A stretch of DNA of 64,000 bases from Octopus vulgaris. Its lineage: Eukaryota. The translations under genes and the position numbers were made by a program. The stretch spans positions 26,040,001 to 26,104,000 of the forward strand of contig OX597836.1 in the NCBI GenBank assembly GCA_951406725.2. The letters are read 5' to 3'. Below the pieces are notes generated by a model, which saw only the letters and a program-made list of their open reading frames with translations, was not told where the DNA came from and ran no database searches. The first letter of the stretch is position 1. Every line of letters starts with the position of its first letter. Positions 57,640 through 64,000 of the stretch are shown in pieces.

Positions 57640-57775
57640 AAGTACCTTGTACTGGTGAAGTGCCTGTGTGCTCCATTGACCCGGAAAGCTATGCTGGAAG
57701 GAGAAAAATCTTCAGGCAGGTCTTACCAGGCCAGACAGGTCGAAGGGTAGGAGACAGACAAAACCTTAACGAAAA
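57640..57775 (+). mobile_element. Probable RTE LINE 5' UTR remnant
   Basis: CCTTGTACTGGTG...TGTGTGCTCCATTGACCC...AGCTATGC...GGCAGG...GCCAGACAGGTC resembles RTE 5' UTRs, recalled from memory. Confidence 0.45.
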
Positions 57776-58004
57776 TATATCGAAGCGTCAGCAGCAGGGA
57801 ATGGATTTAGTTATCGGCAGGACCTAGCAGATCAGATTCCTGGCTTTGAACTAGCATAATATCATACAGAGGATCTTGAATACAAGACAATGGATGAGAC
57901 CCTAATATTCCTAGTTAGATGGTAACTGCGAGACCACATGGATCAGCACTCTGTAACTCCTATAGTATGCGCTTCCGAAACCCTGCTCAGTATAGTAGGG
58001 TCAG

Positions 58005-58545
58005 TTGGAAACCGTCTGTGAGAAAAACAGCACCATGACGCAATTCCCTCAGCTAGAAATTTGGAAACGATATGCTGTACTATTTAGCATTTGCGTCAGG
58101 CCCAATACGAACATTCCAGAGTGTTTGAGTGTCAGTCTGAGGATAGTGCAGAGGAATCGGAAAGAGTTGGTTGAATCTAATGGTGATTACGAAGGTACGG
58201 CAGCTCCAAAATCTCACTCTAATCATTCTGATAAGAAAAGAACTGGATTTGTTGGTGAAATCCAGTCCATGATTGACAACGATCCCTCTAAGTTAATCAG
58301 GTTCATCGCCAGGAACATGGGAGTGTTTGAGTTTCTTATCAGGCAAGTAGTGCAAGAAGACATTCGGAATTCTTCATACATGATGAGAAAGGGACAATTT
58401 TTTATCCCAAGCCATCAAGGACAAGAAGAAAAACCGCGCTATAGGACAAGAAGAAAAACCGCGCTATAAAACTTTTGAACAAACTCAAGCATCCCCTCCA
58501 ACCGAGGATGCTATGTTTTTTTTCAAACGAGAATGCATTCTGCAT
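58005..58545 (+). pseudogene. Tc1/mariner-superfamily (DD37D/maT-like) transposase N-terminal half
   Basis: IQSMIDNDPSKLIRFIARNMGVFEFLIRQVVQEDIR helix-turn-helix, then LLNKLKHP...FFSNE (compare FSDE). Contains a frameshift and a local tandem duplication near 58418-58470. Confidence 0.8.
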
Positions 58546-58555
58546 CCGATATATA

Positions 58556-58771
58556 TTCTTTTCTAATCTAGGCACAAGGTCCGAAATTTGGGGAGAGGAG
58601 GCGAGCCGATTAGATCGACCTCAGTACGCAACTGGTGCTTAATTTATCGTCTCCGTAAGGATGAAAGGTAAAGTCGACCTTGGCGGAATTTGAACACAGA
58701 GCATAAAGACGGACGAAATACTGCTAAGCATTTCGTCCGGCGTGCTAACGTTTCTGCCAGCTCGCCGCCTT
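58556..58771 (-). mobile_element. SINE A2 with TSD
   Basis: CA(T/C)CCGATATATA at 58543-58555 and 58773-58785. Confidence 0.92.
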
Positions 58772-58834
58772 TCACCCGATATATACTGCAAAGAGACGAA
58801 TTAACCCCCATCATTCTTTAACAGATGACGGGAT

Positions 58835-58881
58835 CACCAGACCGTACGGTTTCGGGCTATTTGTGCCGATCCTCAGTGGTG
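58835..58881 (-). ncRNA. Type I hammerhead ribozyme motif with GUC triplet
   Basis: CACCA-CTGAGGA-TC-GGC(acaaata)GCC-C-GAA-ACCGTACGGT-C-TGGTG. 5-bp stem I, palindromic stem III, C-C mismatch at the base of stem II. Confidence 0.75.
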
Positions 58882-59866
58882 GACACCCACCCGCTACAGA
58901 TAGCAGTAATTCGCTTCAGCTTGCAATATATAGAAAACTAAGCGACAATCAGCAAAATAACTGATAACTAAGCGACATAAAGCAAAACAACTAGTTTGAA
59001 AATCTCTATAAGAGATGAAAGTAGTAGGTATACTGAGAAGTAATGTTTATCGCCACATCTACATGACTGTTCCAATAAATCAGGAAGCTAAAATAATATT
59101 TTGATATTATTTATTAATAAATAGTACTACAATATATTTCCAGCTTCCTGTTTTTTTTACATAATAACTCTGCAAACAATATTAATAGAATTTTCAATTC
59201 TAATATGTACTTCATCTAATACAACTACAACAACTGGATTGCAATAATGGAAAAAGCGAATGTCATTCAAGAGGACACAGCTTCGATTATACCTACCTAT
59301 ATTAAATGCATAGAGCGAGAGATAGACAGGCAGACAAACAGACAGATGCATACATATGTATGTGAGTGTATAAATGATATGTACATGTACGTAAAACAAG
59401 CATTTATGTACATATTCGTTCTTAGTATATTCCTGTAGTTTTCAACATGAATAAGTCAATCGCTTTTCCATTTTGCTTTCACAGAAGCCCTCTTTAGAAA
59501 TTAGAAAATGTTTATATATATATATATATATATATATCGAAACGTTAAACCCTCCTTCGTTCCTTCTCTCCTGAGCGTCCAATAATACTATATTTGTTCC
59601 ACGTCCTCGCGTTGTTGTGTTTTTTTGTGCTTTCTTGTTTGGATTAACTATATATATATATATATATATTTATATATGAACACTATACAAATATTCTTTT
59701 AAAACAACTTTCCTTTAATTTTTCTAAATTTAATTATTTAATTGTTACTGTTGAAAAAGTCTCAATGACTGAAACCGGTACTGAAATGTTCTTTATAAAA
59801 TTATTTTAGCATTTTCTATCCTGACTTGTTTTTTCATATATATATATCTTTGCAATATATGTATCT

Positions 59867-59932
<66 letters not shown>

Positions 59933-60249
59933 TAAATAAAATTATACATATATATATGTGTGTGTGTATATGTGAATAAATATATGCATATATGTGCATA
60001 TATGTACGTGTATACATATGTATATACATACACATATGCACATATACATCCATATATAGACAGGTATGTATGTATATATATATGTATATATGTTTGTATG
60101 TGTGTGTGTACTGTAAACTTCGTGTTGAAAGGTATTTGAATATCCTTTGCTTGAATAAATCGCCAGGTGAAACTTAGAAGTCCCAATCAACATAGTTTTT
60201 TTTTACAATGGTCTTAGTTCTCCTCTCTTTATTGAGTCAGTATTTACTG

Positions 60250-60923
60250 GTGGTGGGGGGATGTTGATGGTAATAATGGGGTTAGTGGCGGTGGTGGTGG
60301 CGCTGGTGCTGATGCTGGCGGTGTTAGTGGTATTGATGAATGTGGCGCCGTTGGTGGTGGTAGTTGTGGGGCTTAGTGGTGGAGTTGGCGGCAGCGGTGA
60401 TCGTAGTACTGCTGTTGCTGAAGTGGTAACTCTGTTGCTGTGGCGGTGCCTTTGGTGGTGGTTGTGGCGGTGGTGGTGTTGGTTCTGATGGTGGTGGTGG
60501 TGGAGATGGTGCTGGTGCTGGTGCTGGTGCTGGTAGTGCTGGTGGTGCTGGTGGTGGTGGTGGTGGTAGTGGCGGCGGTGGTGGTAGTGGTGGTATGGTG
60601 GTGGTGGTGGTGGTGGTGGTGGTGGTGGTGGCGGCGGCGGTGGCGGTGGTGGTGGTGGTATGGTGGTGGTAGTGGTTGTGGTGGTGGTGGTGGTGGTGGT
60701 GGTAGTGGTGGTAGTGGTGACGTATTGATTGCCGTTTGTCGTCAATAGAAACAAAGGTATGATGGTCGTAGTGGCGGTGATGGCAGTGATGTTCCTGGTG
60801 CTGGTGTAGCCGTAGTGATGTTGCTACTACTGCTGCTGCTGCTGCTGCAGATGATAGCATACATCTACATACATAAGCAAACCCGCACACACTCACACAT
60901 GCGTGTGCTTCTACTTATATACA

Positions 60924-60976
<53 letters not shown>

Positions 60977-61155
60977 TGTATATATATATATACCATATAC
61001 CATATGCTATATACTATATATATATACACATATATGTATATATACCATATATATATGTATATACCATATACCATATATAAATGTGTGTGTGTATATACTC
61101 ACAAAAGCATATACAAGTGTATATATATATACTATAAAGACGTACGTATATATGT

Positions 61156-61216
<61 letters not shown>

Positions 61217-61235
61217 TCGTATGTATGTATGTATG

Positions 61236-61291
<56 letters not shown>

Positions 61292-61365
61292 GTATATGTA
61301 TATATATATATGTATGTATATGTATATATATGTATGTATGTATATATATACACACACGCACACAC
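60250..61365. repeat. (GGT)n/(GCT)n field followed by a TA-rich microsatellite
   Basis: Directly visible. Confidence 0.97.
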
Positions 61366-62660
61366 AAACCCGCATCAAGTGGGCTCTACTTACTCGGAGA
61401 CAGACAATGTATAGCATTGTTCGTCTTATATCCACAATTCATTACGTGCGTCTTGTGTTGTTGACTTTGGGAAATACATAGAAAAAGAGAGATTGTAAAT
61501 ATTGTTGTTGTTTCGTGAGTCTGGCTTTCCAGTAAAAGTTAATATCGACGAGTAAACATACTTTTTAATTGTATAAACATCGAGCTAATTTCCGAGAATA
61601 TTAGCTAAGATATTAACGGAGATTTAGTTTGTCCTTGAGAAATAATTAGACCTTACAACCTAACATATGCTTATTGTTGTGTATGAAATGTGTTATAACC
61701 GATTGGATTTTTCCATCGTCGCATGACTGGTACCTGTTCGTGAACGGAACATTAGTATGAAGGTGAGCGCAAGCACGGGTAGGAATTGAACACGGAGACT
61801 TGGGGACAAAATGAAGTGTTGTTTAAAATGAAGAGCTTTTAACGCATTTCACGATGTTGCGAGCATTCGTAAGATATTTGGTTATGTTCTTTGGAATAAG
61901 TTTTTAATAAGAGCCACATGGACTCTGAAGGACAGGGTAGTCGGTTCTATATTTTCGTCCCTGACTAACAGTAAAGAAAATATTAAACAGTGTTGTAATT
62001 TACTTGAAACATTGTAAAGTATAATTGATATATTCTAAAGAAAACCTTTAAGCAATGTAGGCTAGATGTTAGGTAAAATATGTAAGGTAATGCCAATAAA
62101 GATAGATATAAGATTTTGTACACCTTAAATAGGTTGCTTAATGATTCAATTATATTTCGGGAAAGATTTCCCTTCTCAAATTTAAGAAAATAATCCAAAT
62201 GAAGGAGAACACCTTTCCAGAAATTTAATGGAAGCATTACCCAATATTTTATTTAGTGACATCACCTTAAGTATTTTGCTTAACTTCTTACCTGCATTGC
62301 TTAAAGTATTATACCAGTAAAACATATAGAAATGTTATAAAAACTTACGAACTCGGACTTAAGCCAATTAATTACAACGGGCCAATTGAATATTTGAACA
62401 ACATAAACTATTGGCTACCCCTTGACGCCACTATCAAATATTCAATAGTGATCTTGCCTTTTCCTATAAAATTCAACGTTCAATTTCCACAAGTATTTCA
62501 TTCGTTTCACTTAGGACAGGCCACACATTGAAGAGTCACTCAACAATTTGATATTTCTACGAGGCGTATCATTTCGCAGAGCTTAAACAGGAACAATTTG
62601 ATCATTCGCTACTTATTTACTGTATGTCTTGTTTTACCACAGTAGTCTTCATTGTGTGAT

Positions 62661-63020
62661 AGTGCATTGGCTCAGCGATTAGGGCAGCGGACTCGCGGTC
62701 GCAGGATCGCGGTTTCGATTCCCAGATCGGGCGTTGTGAGTGTTTATTGAGCGAAAACACCTAAAGCTCCTCAGGGTTCCGACAGGGGTTGGTGGCGAAC
62801 CCTGCTGTACTCTTTCACCGCAAATTTCTCTCACTTTTTCTTCCTGTTTCTATTGTACCTGTACTTCAAAGGGCCAGCCTTGTCACGCTGAATCTCCCCG
62901 AGAACTACGTTAGGGGTACATGTGTCTGTGGAATGCTCAGTCACTTGCACGTTAATTGCACGAGCAAGCTGTTCCGTTTATCGGATCACCTGGAACCCGC
63001 GTCGTCGTAACCGAGTACCA
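62661..63020 (+). mobile_element. SINE family C with the GTCGTCGTAAC tail
   Basis: Head as at 34816, tail as at 28-310. Confidence 0.88.
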
Positions 63021-63514
63021 CGACAACGACGATTCTTCAATGTGTTCTTCGGTATATTATTATTAGGGGAGCGCATTCCATTTAAGTTCTGTATCGTGAA
63101 AAGTCGCACTATGATTCGACACCTGCGACTAGAATTACCCCAACAATATAAACACATTCTAAGTTAGCGTCTTATAATTTATATTCTAAAAGTATTAACT
63201 ACAAACTTGTTACCAGTTGAAATATGCTTCAGGCATATTCGAACTTATAAGAAAGCCATTCTCTGTATTGTGTTATGAAGAAAATTTCTCACTGTAGAAA
63301 GAGAGGGGTAAATACACCGAGTCAGCTGACAGACTGTAGGGTGCAAGCATTTCAGAGTAGTTATCTCCTCTTCAGCAGGAGGGACTAGAAAAGGAGGCGC
63401 TGTACACTAACACGGGAGACAGGTCCCTCTTATGGTTTTCTCAGCATCGTCCAATGACTAGCCCTTTTTTTCAGCGGCTCGCCACAAATAGGGTACGGGG
63501 TGACAGCGCTAAGC

Positions 63515-63850
63515 AGTGATGTTTATAAATACAAACTTGTTATAAGTTCAAATATACTTGCGGCCAATTCGAACCCGCTATACACAGAAAGGTGTAAATA
63601 CATGGAGATAACTCCGTATATCAAAAATATTATTATGTTTAGAAAACAAGTTAAATGTAACATATACCAAGATGGTATATGTTACACATGGAAGAAGATA
63701 TGGAAGCAACATTTACCAAACAGAGTATTTTTCTATGGAAATATACCAGAATTAAGAAAAACATCGAAGAATACAGACTTATGTTTGTAGGTTGAGGTTG
63801 TACGTCAGTTATTACTATGGTAACCAGTCAACTATTAATATTTTAATAGT
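63515..63850 (+). pseudogene. Possible decayed Penelope-like GIY-YIG endonuclease
   Basis: The ordered fragments VYKYKLVISSN, RISK-YY-FRK, IWK and KTSKNTDLCL loosely resemble PLE GIY-YIG motifs ending in CxLC. Weak. Confidence 0.35.
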
Positions 63851-64000
63851 TGTAAAAGAAAATGAGGCTGACTACGTTGAACATATGTGCAACAAATGCC
63901 GAAAGGCATTAACCTATAAAGAAGATAGAGAGAGGGAGAGAGAGAGGGGAGGAGGAGGACTGTGTTGCAGAGATGGAAGAAAGAAAATCGTGAAAGCGTG

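Overview
This is repeat-saturated eukaryotic intronic or intergenic DNA, not prokaryotic. The density of (TA)n, (CA)n, (TACA)n, (GATA)n and trinucleotide microsatellites and the tRNA-derived SINE families suggest an octopod cephalopod such as Octopus; this is inferred, not confirmed. I find no intact protein-coding gene, rRNA, true tRNA or CRISPR array, and most ORFs in the track are translated microsatellites. Supportable content: (1) dozens of SINE copies from at least four families, labelled A-D here, several with target-site duplications (TSDs), nesting or tandem arrays; (2) decayed LINE remnants (CR1/L2-like, RTE-like) and Tc1/mariner and hAT remnants; (3) a 109-bp minisatellite; (4) two candidate minus-strand promoter/first-exon units. 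The most interesting signal is a set of about ten minimal type I hammerhead ribozyme motifs of the Penelope-like element (PLE) kind in short non-autonomous elements, most next to (TA)n tracts. One is fused to a tRNA-derived Pol III head. Four carry the compensatory U3-A8 core variant. One lies just upstream of a short peptide that is conserved at the codon level in three dispersed copies. PLE-associated minimal hammerheads are a known class, so any novelty lies in these particular families and variants. All folds were read by eye and no activity is shown. Element boundaries are approximate unless a TSD or terminal inverted repeat (TIR) is quoted.
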